From NCBI GenBank assembly GCA_965214835.1, contig CBDCCK010000002.1, positions 992,001 through 1,056,000 of the forward strand: 64,000 bases of DNA. Reading direction: 5' to 3'. Below the pieces are notes generated by a model that was not told the DNA's origin, did not search any database, and was given only the letters and a program-made list of their open reading frames with translations. This DNA comes from Nitrosopumilaceae archaeon. GTDB taxonomy: Archaea > Thermoproteota > Nitrososphaeria > Nitrososphaerales > Nitrosopumilaceae. The stretch's first letter is position 1. Each line of letters begins with the position of its first letter. The position numbers and the translations under genes were made by a program. Below are positions 31,202-40,869 of this stretch, in pieces.

Positions 31202-31292
31202 CAGTACTTCCTAGATGTGCTTTTGCAGACCCTGCACGGCAACACCGCCGCCGCTACTTTCCGCGATCGTTTACAAACGAGTCGGCCGCATC
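31202..31292 (-). mobile_element. Solo right-end fragment of the ISH3-like element
   Basis: CAGTACTTCCTAGATGTGCTTTTGCAGACCC...CTACTTTCCGCGATCGTTTACAAACGAGTCGGCCGCATC is close to the reverse complement of 61716-61800. Confidence 0.85.
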
Positions 31293-31608
31293 TATCAGCG
31301 CCCTAGCAAGGATCCTCCCCGTCTCCGGACTCATGTCGCGCAGTATCCTATTGGAATCCCGGCGATGTGGTTAGTAGCAGTAAAGGGTGCGGTTCCACAT
31401 GCGGACACGGGCGCATCGCCACACGGCAACTAGCCCCCGATGACGCTAATATACGAACCGGGTATTGGAATGGGGGGTGCCTGAATCAGGAGGACGACCG
31501 TGCGGCACTATCCCGTTTATGTCCAGTCCCTTATGGACAAGGTAAAACAATATTTCGGGCAATTGTAACTGCCTTCTTGAAAATATTCTAAAAATTACCC
31601 TTTTTTTT

Positions 31609-31723
31609 GCAGCAGCCCGGGCTCTGGAAGCCGTCCTTGATTTCAAGCACGAATCTGCCCGGGAGGGCCCCCCCTCCGAGGCGGCAAAGCTCACGCCTGA
31701 ACTTCCAGAGCCCGAGCTGTTGC
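31609..31723. mobile_element. Putative MITE (115 bp) with 22-bp TIR in T-rich flanks
   Basis: GCAGCAGCCCGGGCTCTGGAAG / CTTCCAGAGCCCGAGCTGTTGC (20/22 match). Confidence 0.6.
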
Positions 31724-32296
31724 TTTCTTTTTGACACAGGAGCGTTTCAATTATTTTTTCGCTTGAGGAAAAAACAAATCCGTCCCCGCAGTTGCAATAC
31801 AACACAAGATATCCATCAGTTTTGGCGTCCAGGATCAGCCTTTTTATTTGATCAGTGCGTTTTGATCCCTCTGCCAGCAGAACTTCCCTGCATCTTGATC
31901 TGAGAAGGCCAATTCTTTCACGGGTGGAAGCTGCAGGCGAGCTTAGCAATGACTCACGCAAGGTTTGCGGATATGAAAAAGAAAAAAGGGAAAACGAAGC
32001 CATGCCCCTGATCGTGCTTTTTTTCCTTATTATGGGTTCGGATCGTAGCCGCCTACAAGGTTTTGCACATGGATGTGCGACTGGGCTGCGCCCCAGAGTA
32101 GACCTTCATAGTACATGAACCAGTTGGTCTTCAGGAGCTGGGAAGTTAACTGGTGCTGATTCTCCTTGGGAAGCATCAGGTGCCGGGAAAGCATCGGGAT
32201 CTGGAACTTGTGGTAGCAGGGAGTAGGTTTGCAGATTCTGTTAGCCGCCGAGTGATGCGAGGAGGTGCCTCATGGAAATGATACTTACTATACGAT

Positions 32297-32372
32297 AGAC
32301 TTTGCGTAATAGACCTGAATGAAATGAATTTGTTCCTAATAATCCTAGATCTGAACCGATTACGCAAAGTCT
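32297..32372. mobile_element. MITE family E (76 bp)
   Basis: Perfect 14-bp TIR AGACTTTGCGTAAT / ATTACGCAAAGTCT; homologs at 42001 and 52594. Confidence 0.85.
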
Positions 32373-32399
32373 CATGCCTGAAAAACTAGGACTTAATCA

Positions 32400-32685
32400 C
32401 CAACATGATCAACGGTTCCCTGACCAAAAGAGTCAAGGATCACGAGGGCATCACATATGACATCCACTGGCATGCACTGGCAACACACGGTACGTCAAGG
32501 GGCGCGCGCAGGCTTTCGTCGAGTACGACCCCAGATGAGCACAGGATCTCAAGTACACCAACCACCACAAGAAAGAGTCCTGTTCCTGTACGCAGACGGC
32601 ATTATAATGGTCGGTGCTGTGCTCGGGATCGTACTGATGGTGCAGTATCCACACTACAATCGATCATAATTTTGACACATCATGT
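32400..32685 (+). pseudogene. Degenerate IS6-like transposase 3' remnant
   Basis: NMINGSLTKRVK resembles the NN.IER.NG..R.R.K region; ends in GATCATAATTTTGACACATC, shared with 58656-58675. Confidence 0.35.
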
Positions 32686-32741
32686 CTATTCTGACACAAA
32701 GACGGCTGGTTTTCAATCGTAGGCGCACGGATGCCAACATC

Positions 32742-33335
32742 TCACAGTTCGGCTCTTCTCACCTCTCCGCCTGGGCTGGATTCTGCAAATACTATGCCTC
32801 CAAATTTCAAGACCTCCACACCATCCTGCTTCCAGCAGTCCCTGCCTAGTCCGGCCTTTTGACACGTATGCTCTAGGAACTCCCTCTCGCTCCAGTCGTA
32901 CTCTACTGGAACCTGCGGCAGGAGCAGTCCCGAGCTGGATCCCCTTCTTATCAGTAGTCCGTCTCGTCCGACCCTGATCTTCTCCGGATACTCCTCGAAG
33001 CCTTTGACGTCAATTGTCTCGGGCTCAGTCAGCACCGTGACCTCGAACGTTATCTCGCCTAGCTCCTCCGGGCCGACCGGGGCAAACCGTGGATCGTCTG
33101 TTGCCGCAGCAATTGCAGCATCCCTCAGTGCCGACGAAAGCGTCTTGCTGGGAAGCGGATAGCCGATACACCCCCTCAGGCCGTGGTTCTTGTTCAGCGT
33201 CACAAACACGCCTGATGGAAACGAGAACCTCTCCTCAAACTCCTTATCCGGCGACTCGTCCTTCCTCAAAAAGCACTCGACTGCCCTTCTTGCCTGTCTT
33301 ACAAGCAGGGTTCCGTCCTCATCTGACACGCGCAT
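32742..33335 (-). CDS. AMMECR1-domain protein (TIGR00296)
   Basis: GVFVTL..LRGCIG, AA..DPRF, GLLLPQV, C.KAGL. Confidence 0.93.
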   Translation of the reverse strand: MRVSDEDGTLLVRQARRAVECFLRKDESPDKEFEERFSFPSGVFVTLNKNHGLRGCIGYPLPSKTLSSALRDAAIAAATDDPRFAPVGPEELGEITFEVTVLTEPETIDVKGFEEYPEKIRVGRDGLLIRRGSSSGLLLPQVPVEYDWSEREFLEHTCQKAGLGRDCWKQDGVEVLKFGGIVFAESSPGGEVRRAEL

Positions 33336-35259
33336 CCTGGCCCTCTCCCAGCTCCGTAATGTGCGAGCCTCCCGCGGGCAAGACCCGCACGAACTCGTCC
33401 AGTGAAATGGGCTTGGCAATCTCCTCGTGAACCTTGGTAAATTCCAGCTTGATCATCTTTGCGGCACTTGCCATGTCGCCGCTTGACGGCTCGATCGTGG
33501 CATAGCAGATGCTCTGCCTTTTTACGGGTCCGGGGGGGCCGCAGGTTACCAGGAAGCCGTCGTTGTACTGTATTATCCCGACTGCAAGCTTGAGCGATGC
33601 GACCCTCACGAAATTCCTCTGCCCGTCCACGATAAAGGAGCCCTTTGGCAGGAACTGCCCGCTGGGGGCCGCCTTTTTGATCTGCTCGGGCAGGACCCAG
33701 TACGAGCTCATGCCGTACATTGCCTCCCTCCACGCCCTGCTAAAGCAGACCGTCGCATGCGCGACCTCGTTGAGTCCGGCAGCCGTCGCATCCGCCGAGT
33801 TCTTTAAGATAAAAAACGGGGAGCCGAAGATCTCGGCATGAAAGACCCTGTCGTTTTTCTCCAGGTGCTTTCTTATCACCGCAGAGTTTGACGACGAGTC
33901 CCTTCCCCCGATCGCTATCATGTTGTCTGACGTGAAAAACCACCTGTATCTCTGGAACCATGCCCTTTTTACAATCTCCTGGAATCCTGCTGCCTCCTCC
34001 TGGCCCCTTGACTGGCCTTGCAGCCTTGCAATCCTTTTTTCCGTTCTTTTCATCTGATCCTCGATCGTCGGGACTGCATTGGACTGCTTTTTTGCCTCGT
34101 TGAATAGCGTAGATGCAATGGACTGCAGTGGCGAGCGTGGGTTTATCTCGATTTTCTCGTCTAGAACCTTGATGTAGGGAATCCCCTTGAGCGTTACAGG
34201 CTCTGCGCCGGCCTGCCTTAGCGAGTCGACTGCATGCTGCTCCTCTATCGAAAGTGTGCCCGTGGCGGCAAGACCCATGACTGCCTTTGCCACGCTTGTA
34301 ATCTGGCCGGATCTCTGCTTTACCGTCTCAACGGCCCGGGTCTGCTCCTCAAGCTGGCTTTGGTACTCCTGAATCTTCCTTTCCGTGGCACCCGACTGGA
34401 TTGTTTTTCCCGCATCCACTATACCCTCCGTAAAGATCCGATCCAGCCCCTCCATGAATGACGGAACCGGTTCTGCCCCGTCCTGCGTTGCAATCTCCAG
34501 CGGATATACCTCAGATGACTCTGCCCCTCTTACAATGATGCACTTGTGGTTGCCCTCCACGACGTCCCCGACCAGTTTTTTGGTCGTATCGTATATCTTC
34601 TCAATATCCCCCTCTGAGAGCGTGCTGGCCTGCCTTTTGGGATCAACTGCGGCCCTGTCAAAGATCTCCTCGGCATATTTTTTTGGAAGGCCCAAGCTCC
34701 TGCCCAGCCATCTGACTGACTCGATCTCTGAGCTTGCCATCCCATCAAAGTGCTCCCTTTTTACATCAAAGACATTCAGGCTGTTTGACGGGGGCGGGCT
34801 GTACTGCAGTCCTACTGCCAGCCTCCTGTGCCGCATGTCTATGGAGTGCAGCAGTGCCAGAATCTTCATGTCGGAATTGCACAGGATAAGGTTCCCGTCC
34901 CCGAACAGCTCTGCAACTAGGACGAACTCCTTTTCGAAGTTATTAAAGGTCAGGTATATGATGCGCTCTGCGCCGAACTGCTCGATTTTTATGACTTTTG
35001 CGCGTAAAAGATCATCTCGCAGCCTCTTTAGCATCCTGTTTGGCTCTATCGGATCAATCTTCCTTGACGTAGTCCATATTCCTGTGGTGGACAGCATCAT
35101 AAAGACATCCTCCCTTTCCGGATGATGCAGCTTGAATAGCAGGCTGCCCTTTGTAATGCCGTAAATGTTGCTCACATAGTACCCGTCGGTGCCCTTGCCT
35201 ATCTCGTTGACCAAATACCGCAACTCAATGCCTGCCAGATTCACACAATACTCTTGCAA
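33319..35259 (-). CDS. Ribosome quality-control protein Rqc2/NEMF (NFACT family)
   Basis: ELFGDGNLIL, W..RYRWF..SD....IGGRD..SN, FHAEIFGSP, AAPSGQFL.KGSF. Confidence 0.92.
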   Translation of the reverse strand: MQEYCVNLAGIELRYLVNEIGKGTDGYYVSNIYGITKGSLLFKLHHPEREDVFMMLSTTGIWTTSRKIDPIEPNRMLKRLRDDLLRAKVIKIEQFGAERIIYLTFNNFEKEFVLVAELFGDGNLILCNSDMKILALLHSIDMRHRRLAVGLQYSPPPSNSLNVFDVKREHFDGMASSEIESVRWLGRSLGLPKKYAEEIFDRAAVDPKRQASTLSEGDIEKIYDTTKKLVGDVVEGNHKCIIVRGAESSEVYPLEIATQDGAEPVPSFMEGLDRIFTEGIVDAGKTIQSGATERKIQEYQSQLEEQTRAVETVKQRSGQITSVAKAVMGLAATGTLSIEEQHAVDSLRQAGAEPVTLKGIPYIKVLDEKIEINPRSPLQSIASTLFNEAKKQSNAVPTIEDQMKRTEKRIARLQGQSRGQEEAAGFQEIVKRAWFQRYRWFFTSDNMIAIGGRDSSSNSAVIRKHLEKNDRVFHAEIFGSPFFILKNSADATAAGLNEVAHATVCFSRAWREAMYGMSSYWVLPEQIKKAAPSGQFLPKGSFIVDGQRNFVRVASLKLAVGIIQYNDGFLVTCGPPGPVKRQSICYATIEPSSGDMASAAKMIKLEFTKVHEEIAKPISLDEFVRVLPAGGSHITELGEGQDARVR

Positions 35260-35344
35260 ATCTGAAATTAATAGCCTTGCTAATCGGGCCTGCCCTGACC
35301 AAAGATTTTAAACGAGGCTGGGCACAGTCACGATAGAAATTTCA

Positions 35345-35857
35345 TTGGCCAGATTCAAGAAGAAAAAATCAGCCCCGACAAAGGGACGGGACGAGCCTAA
35401 AAAGGAGGCCCCAGAGGAGGGTATTGAGCCTGCAGAGGGCCCCGGAGAGGGGCCGACAAGGGCGCCTCCTGCCGAGGACAGGGCACCTGCCACCGAGGAC
35501 GCCTCCAAGGACGAGTCCATCAGTGCGGCACAGCAAAACGAGAAGGACAGCAAGCTAAACAGGCTGTTCTGGATGAGGGTCGTATTTGCCATAGCTGCCG
35601 GCGTTACTGCAACCTTCCTCTTTGACTCCGTCGAGGGCGAGGAAAGAAGATGGGCCTCGATCGGATTCATGATAATCGTCTTTATTGCGACCATAGTTAT
35701 AGGAAAAACAATGCGCATTCCGTTTGCGCTTTCGGACAGAAAGAAGATTGTAACCCAGGGCATAGGAAGCTACATCTTCGTCTACCTGTTCATGTGGGTT
35801 CTATCGTACACCTTGGTCAACGTCGGCAGCGTAGAATCCGCCATGCCATTCCCGTAG
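35345..35857 (+). CDS. Hypothetical 3-TM membrane protein with acidic/Pro-rich N-terminus
   Basis: Three hydrophobic segments; co-oriented upstream of cbiT. Confidence 0.75.
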   Translation: MARFKKKKSAPTKGRDEPKKEAPEEGIEPAEGPGEGPTRAPPAEDRAPATEDASKDESISAAQQNEKDSKLNRLFWMRVVFAIAAGVTATFLFDSVEGEERRWASIGFMIIVFIATIVIGKTMRIPFALSDRKKIVTQGIGSYIFVYLFMWVLSYTLVNVGSVESAMPFP

Positions 35858-35867
35858 CTGATCTGAG

Positions 35868-36467
35868 ATGTGGAACCACAGGACTCCCGGCATTCCAGAC
35901 GGGGAGTTTGAGCGCACGGACAGGGTTCCGATTACAAAAGAGGAGGTGCGCGTAGTCCAGATAAGCAAGGCCAGGCTCGACGAGGGCCAGACCGTATATG
36001 ATATCGGCTGCGGCAGCGGCTCTGTTACCGTAGAGGCCGGACTGCAGGTGGGCGCCTCTGGAAGAATACTTGCAATTGACCTTGACGAGCGTGCAATCGA
36101 CCTGACAAAAAGGAACCTAGAGAAGTTTGGCGTCTCAAACGTTGACTTGATCCTAGGAAACGCCAAGGAAAAAATACCCGGCCTGCCGACTGCCGACTCT
36201 GTCTTCATAGGGGGTACGGGGGGGGATACGGCCGAGATCATCCGGCTGTGCGAGGGCAAGCTCAAAGGCGGCGGACGGATGGTAGTCGGAACCATCCTGA
36301 TTGAGACCCTTCACTCGGTTCTGGGCATACTTGACAGGCTTGATTTTTCAGAGGTGGACATCACGCAGGTCACCGTCTCAAAGAGCAAAAGAACCCCCAC
36401 CGGTACAATGATGCTTGCCAGAAATCCCGTTACCGTGATCTCTGCTACTAAAAACCGGACAGCTTAG
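35868..36467 (+). CDS. cbiT: Cobalt-precorrin-6B C15-methyltransferase
   Basis: PGIPD..F, PITKEEVR, DIGCGSGSV, FIGG, ARNPV. Confidence 0.93.
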   Translation: MWNHRTPGIPDGEFERTDRVPITKEEVRVVQISKARLDEGQTVYDIGCGSGSVTVEAGLQVGASGRILAIDLDERAIDLTKRNLEKFGVSNVDLILGNAKEKIPGLPTADSVFIGGTGGDTAEIIRLCEGKLKGGGRMVVGTILIETLHSVLGILDRLDFSEVDITQVTVSKSKRTPTGTMMLARNPVTVISATKNRTA

Positions 36468-36479
36468 GTTTTAACTGGG

Positions 36480-37217
36480 ATGGACACAAATCCCCTCATG
36501 CCTGGACTGACTGCAATCGGGGTGGGCCCCGGCGACCCGGATCTTCTTACCGTAAAGGCCGTCAAGGCAATCCGGGATGCCGACGTCATCATGTGTCCGG
36601 CATCCGGGGAGGACAGGCCAAGCATCGCGCTATCCGTGGCAAGGCCGCTAATCGACGAGTCAAGACAGGAGATTATCAGGCTGATCTTCCCGATGACCAA
36701 GGATACAGGTATCCTGGAGGAGACGTGGAGAAAAAACGCCGGAATCATGGCCGAGACCGTGCTGACTGGAAAAAACGTAGTGTATCTTACCGTCGGCGAT
36801 CCATACCTGTACAGCACGTGGATCTACATGCACAGGAACCTGGAATCAAACCATCCGAACATGCAGATTACGGTGGTTCCCGGGATCGTCTCGATGTTCA
36901 CCTTTGCATCCAAGGTCGGCATCAGCATAGCGGAAGGCTCAGAAAAGGTGGCCATAATCCCGTCATGCTATGACCTTACAACCGTAAGGGAGATTGCAAA
37001 GAATGCCGAGACCATGGTGTTCTTAAAGGACGGCAGGTACTTTGACCAGGTAATCGACCTGCTAAGGGAGTCCGGGTTCCCTGACGACTCTGTCTTTGCA
37101 ATAGGGCAGGATCTGGGCACTGATCACGAAATCATAAGAAAGCTTACCCTGAGAGAGGTAAACGACGGGACGCTGACTACGAAATACTTTTCAATACTGG
37201 TGGTAAAGCGTGTCTGA
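36480..37217 (+). CDS. cbiL: Cobalt-precorrin-2 C20-methyltransferase
   Basis: GVGPGDPDLLTVKA, LIFPM, GDPYLYST, YFS. Confidence 0.9.
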   Translation: MDTNPLMPGLTAIGVGPGDPDLLTVKAVKAIRDADVIMCPASGEDRPSIALSVARPLIDESRQEIIRLIFPMTKDTGILEETWRKNAGIMAETVLTGKNVVYLTVGDPYLYSTWIYMHRNLESNHPNMQITVVPGIVSMFTFASKVGISIAEGSEKVAIIPSCYDLTTVREIAKNAETMVFLKDGRYFDQVIDLLRESGFPDDSVFAIGQDLGTDHEIIRKLTLREVNDGTLTTKYFSILVVKRV

Positions 37218-37980
37218 GGTCTTTTTTGTCGGCTGCGGCCCCGGCGATCCCGATTTAATTACGGTAAAGGCCAAGAAGCTAATCCAAAGGGCAGACGTCG
37301 TGGTCTATTCGGGCTCGCTGATCCCGGATAAAATCCTGAAGATGTGCAAAAAGGCAAGGCTTTATGATGCCTCCAAGCTGGTCAGGGAGGAGATCCTTGA
37401 GCTGCTTTACAGGAATGCAAAAAAGGGCAGATCCGTAGTCAGGCTTCACGACGGGGATCCTTCAATCTACGGGGCAATAAGGGAGCAAATCGACGGCCTG
37501 AGCAAGCGGGGGGTCACATCCGAGGTCGTTCCGGGAGTCACCGCGTTTCTGGCCTCCGCTGCCGCGCTGGGAACCCAGCTGACGCTTCCCGGCGTCACCC
37601 AAACCGTCATTATAACCCGGGCAGAGTCCCGCACCAGGGTGCCGAGGCGCGAGCAGATCTCCGAGCTTGCACGGCACAGGGCGACCATGGCGTTTTATCT
37701 CAGCGTGCATCTTCTGCCCACGATCGTCAGGCAGTCAGTCCAGGGGGGATACAAAAAGTCCACCCCGGTTGCAGTCGTGTACCGCGCAAGCTGGCCCGAT
37801 CAGAAGGTGGTTGTAGGAACGCTGGAGGATATTGCAAAAAAGATCCGGGATGAAGAGATCACCCGGACTGCAATCATAATCATAGGCGATGCCGTAAGGC
37901 CTGCCAGCTATGAGTACTCTAGGCTTTATGACAAGGAGTTCAGCCACGGATACAGAAAGGCAAGGCCTACAAAAAAGTAA
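37210..37980 (+). CDS. cbiF: Cobalt-precorrin-4 C11-methyltransferase
   Basis: GPGDPDLIT, RLHDGDPSIYG, LPGVTQTVIITR, YRASWPD, SRLYD..FSHGYR. Confidence 0.93.
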   Translation: MSEVFFVGCGPGDPDLITVKAKKLIQRADVVVYSGSLIPDKILKMCKKARLYDASKLVREEILELLYRNAKKGRSVVRLHDGDPSIYGAIREQIDGLSKRGVTSEVVPGVTAFLASAAALGTQLTLPGVTQTVIITRAESRTRVPRREQISELARHRATMAFYLSVHLLPTIVRQSVQGGYKKSTPVAVVYRASWPDQKVVVGTLEDIAKKIRDEEITRTAIIIIGDAVRPASYEYSRLYDKEFSHGYRKARPTKK

Positions 37981-38719
37981 CCTTGTTTTTAATCCCCAGC
38001 CTTTTCAGGTTGTCCCCAAACGCACCAGTCTCATCCGTCGAGTAGATCCTCAGAGAGTTCTTCTTTGCAGGGCTGACCTTTTTGCCTATTTCCATTGCAA
38101 TGTCCCGTGCGGGATCCAGAAATTTTATCTCGGGAAACAACTCCTCTAAAAGTCCTCTTAAAAACGGCAGGTGCGTGCTTGAGAGCGTGGCGACATCGAT
38201 GCCGTCTTTCCTAAAACGCCTTTCCAGCGTGGCACGGATTACCTTCCTGGTTTTTTCCACGTCATTTAAAAAATCCCCGGACTCTACCAGCCCCACCAGA
38301 TCCGAGCAGTTAACCTTGTGAATCTTGATCACGTCAGAAATCCTCTGGCTCTGGATATAGGCTGGCAGTGACCTGCTTTTTACCATCGCCTGCGTTGTCA
38401 GGATCGCTATGCTCTTTGAGGCCGACTCCCTCTGGGCCCTTTTTATCGGCGGTTTCACGGCAAGAACCCTCGGTGACTCGACATCCAGCAGGATTGACGG
38501 CGTGTTTGATCCTACCACGATAAGGTCCGGGCCGAACCGCTCCTCTAGCATGCATATGGTATCCCCGATGATCTTTTTGAGTTCCGCCCTCCTCTTCAGC
38601 CCGTATGGAAAGTTTTTCTGATCTGCCAGGTAGATGATCTCGCACTTTACCTCCTCCCGGATTGCCCGGATGACAGACAGCGAGCCCAGCCCCGAGTCAA
38701 AGACCGCAATTCTTGCCAA
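37967..38719 (-). CDS. Glutamate-racemase-like protein (catalytic Cys positions are Ser)
   Basis: AVFDSGLGSLSV, D..NFPYG.K, GSNT, LSSTHLP. Confidence 0.85.
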   Translation of the reverse strand: MARIAVFDSGLGSLSVIRAIREEVKCEIIYLADQKNFPYGLKRRAELKKIIGDTICMLEERFGPDLIVVGSNTPSILLDVESPRVLAVKPPIKRAQRESASKSIAILTTQAMVKSRSLPAYIQSQRISDVIKIHKVNCSDLVGLVESGDFLNDVEKTRKVIRATLERRFRKDGIDVATLSSTHLPFLRGLLEELFPEIKFLDPARDIAMEIGKKVSPAKKNSLRIYSTDETGAFGDNLKRLGIKNKVTFL

Positions 38720-38759
38720 TATTGGGGACTGGCCCGAGCCTAGAGATAAGGGTTGGTTA

Positions 38760-38787
38760 GCTAAATTTAGCCTAAAGTCGATCTAAA
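38760..38787. promoter_or_regulatory. Palindrome plus phased CTAAA repeats upstream of the ESCRT-III gene
   Basis: GCTAAATTTAGC palindrome at 38760-71; CTAAA at 38761, 38772 and 38783. Confidence 0.4.
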
Positions 38788-38828
38788 TATACACCGCCCA
38801 TTAAGAGTGGATTTCTAAAGAGTCAGCC

Positions 38829-39479
38829 ATGCCAAACTTTGACAAGAACTGGGCTCGTCAAGAGACCCAGAGCGTAACTGGCAAGCTTCGTGACGCGGTA
38901 AAGCCGCAGGGTGCGCTAAAGCCGCGCATCCAGACTGCAGTCAACAAGTTGCAGGTCCAGATCTCCAAGATGGACTCTATGCTTACAAAACTACGTGAAA
39001 GAGACGCGCAGCTCTTCCAGAGGATTGTAACGGCCATGCAGCAGCACGACACTGCAGCAAGCAAGGTTCTATCCAACGAGCTGGCAGAAATACGCAAGGT
39101 ATCAAAGATGCTTGGCAACGCAAGAATGTCACTCGAGCAGGTTCAATTAAGACTGACTACTATTCATGATCTCGGTGATGCCATGGTTGCAATCGGACCG
39201 GCAATGTCTACAATGAAGGGATTAAAGTCATCGCTGGGAAGATTCATGCCTGAGGCAGACTCTGAGCTAAACTCCATGACACAGACGCTCAATGGACTTA
39301 TGATGGACTCTCTTGCAGGAGATTCGTTTAACATGGAATCTGACGTCTCAAACGAGGAGACCGACAAGATTCTACAGGAAGCCTCCGCAGTTGCTGAGCA
39401 GCAGATCGGTGACAAGTTCCCATCTGTGCCAACTCCCACGGGACTCTCGTCTGAGACCTCAACCTCTACCTTTGAGTAG
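38829..39479 (+). CDS. ESCRT-III/Snf7-family CdvB paralog
   Basis: RD..LF..IV.A, NELAEIRKV, LEQVQLRL.T..DLGD, IL.EA..VAE, FPSVP. Confidence 0.9.
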   Translation: MPNFDKNWARQETQSVTGKLRDAVKPQGALKPRIQTAVNKLQVQISKMDSMLTKLRERDAQLFQRIVTAMQQHDTAASKVLSNELAEIRKVSKMLGNARMSLEQVQLRLTTIHDLGDAMVAIGPAMSTMKGLKSSLGRFMPEADSELNSMTQTLNGLMMDSLAGDSFNMESDVSNEETDKILQEASAVAEQQIGDKFPSVPTPTGLSSETSTSTFE

Positions 39480-39497
39480 GTTGCAGCCAGGCGTCTG

Positions 39498-40163
39498 TCA
39501 TCCTTTTTGTTTATCCAGCAGCCTTCGAACCCTTCTGAATATCATGTTCCAGTCCCTCCAGAGCAGCCTTCCCGTCTGCGTGTTCTGCCTGCTTGGATGG
39601 TACGAGCACAGAACGGTGAACCGGCCGTGCTCAAACGTGTTTCCGTGCCCGAACCTCTGGCCCTTGATGCACAGGATCTCCGATACCGCATCAAAGGCGA
39701 TTTTTCCCAGGCATACGATGATCCTGGTCTTACTCAGTATCTGCAGCTCCTCTTTGAGGTATGCCGAGCACTCTTGCAGTTCCTGCCTTGTCGGCCTGTT
39801 TTGGGGCGGCGCGCACCTGGCGGCTGCCGTAAAGTATGCATCATGCAGCACGAGGCCGTCGTCTTTTGCCTCGCTGGTCGGCTGCGATGAGAATCCGTTC
39901 TCGTACAGCGTCCTTGCAAGCCAGTCCGCAGACGAGTCCCCCGTAAACATCCTGCCTGTACGCGTGCCCCCGTGCGCCGCGGGGGCCAGGCCCACTACCA
40001 GTACCCTGCAGTTGCAGTCTCCAAACCCCACAAGCGGCCTGCCCCAGTATTTCTGGTCTGCAAACCTTCGGACCTTCACCTTGGCAACCTCTGCGATGTA
40101 CTGCGTCAGTCTAGGGCATTTTTTACACCTGACGATCCTCCTGTTGAGTGATTCTAGGGACAT
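39498..40163 (-). CDS. Family-5 uracil-DNA glycosylase (UdgB-like)
   Basis: C..CPRL, GLAPAAHGGTRTGRMFTGD, RCAPP.N.P, YHPSRQNTQT. Confidence 0.93.
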   Translation of the reverse strand: MSLESLNRRIVRCKKCPRLTQYIAEVAKVKVRRFADQKYWGRPLVGFGDCNCRVLVVGLAPAAHGGTRTGRMFTGDSSADWLARTLYENGFSSQPTSEAKDDGLVLHDAYFTAAARCAPPQNRPTRQELQECSAYLKEELQILSKTRIIVCLGKIAFDAVSEILCIKGQRFGHGNTFEHGRFTVLCSYHPSRQNTQTGRLLWRDWNMIFRRVRRLLDKQKG

Positions 40164-40211
40164 CGGACTTGTCGTGTAACTGCCATGTAAAAATTGTTGG
40201 AAGTTACGTTT

Positions 40212-40292
40212 GTGCGTGGTCACTCCCCTACCAGTCAGGCACGGTTTTGCGTGCAGCTGTGGCTTTGTCCAGCAAAGAGACGTGACCCCATC
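40212..40292 (+). mobile_element. Degenerate MITE family B copy
   Basis: GTGCGTGGTCACTCCCC..TCAGGCACGG..CAGCAAAGAGACGTGACCCCAT. Confidence 0.6.
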
Positions 40293-40360
40293 CGAGTCAG
40301 AAAAACCACAAGCTGAAGATTTTGTATATTCCCTGAGAGGCCCCAGGCAGGCAAGACTAC

Positions 40361-40480
40361 CAGTCTTCCCAGGAGTAACCGACTCGTGGCGGTGCAGGAG
40401 GCGACATGCGGATCTGCAGGCAGCCTTGCTTGAACCTTTCGAGTTTGAAGCCGTTTTGCGGGTTACTTCTGGGAAGACGT
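40361..40480. mobile_element. MITE family A
   Basis: TIR GTCTTCCCAG / CTGGGAAGAC; shared core. Confidence 0.75.
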
Positions 40481-40869
40481 GGGCCCGCGCCGGGCTCACG
40501 TCCGATATGAGACGACACATAACGGCAGAGGGCGACTGGGACGCCTACAATATCCCTACCATTTTTTATTTCCCAAGCGAAATGTGCAAGTATTTGATCC
40601 GCTTCCAGTTTTGTCAGCCTGGCACAAGCCTAGGACGCTTCGCTTGGCTACGAGTATGTCATTTCAGCATCCTGGGTTTTTTCGCTTGGTTCAGGGCATG
40701 CCAAATCCGGATGCCGTCATGCCGGGCAGAGCACCGGGAATCTGTCCTCTTCCTGCCGGACTTGTTGCAGAAAGCCAGGGGGCATGATCTCCGATGAGAG
40801 CAGACTGCCTCCGGATCCTGCAGGCCAGATCCCGCACCGAGGACCGCGCCTACCATGCACAGTACTGGT

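Noticed and set aside
31340-31440. tRNA or structured ncRNA
   Set aside because: No cloverleaf or T-loop consensus; weakly resembles the IS remnant near 58370.
40164-40520. N-terminal extension of the uracil-DNA glycosylase
   Set aside because: It overlaps MITE A and B copies; a chance open frame.
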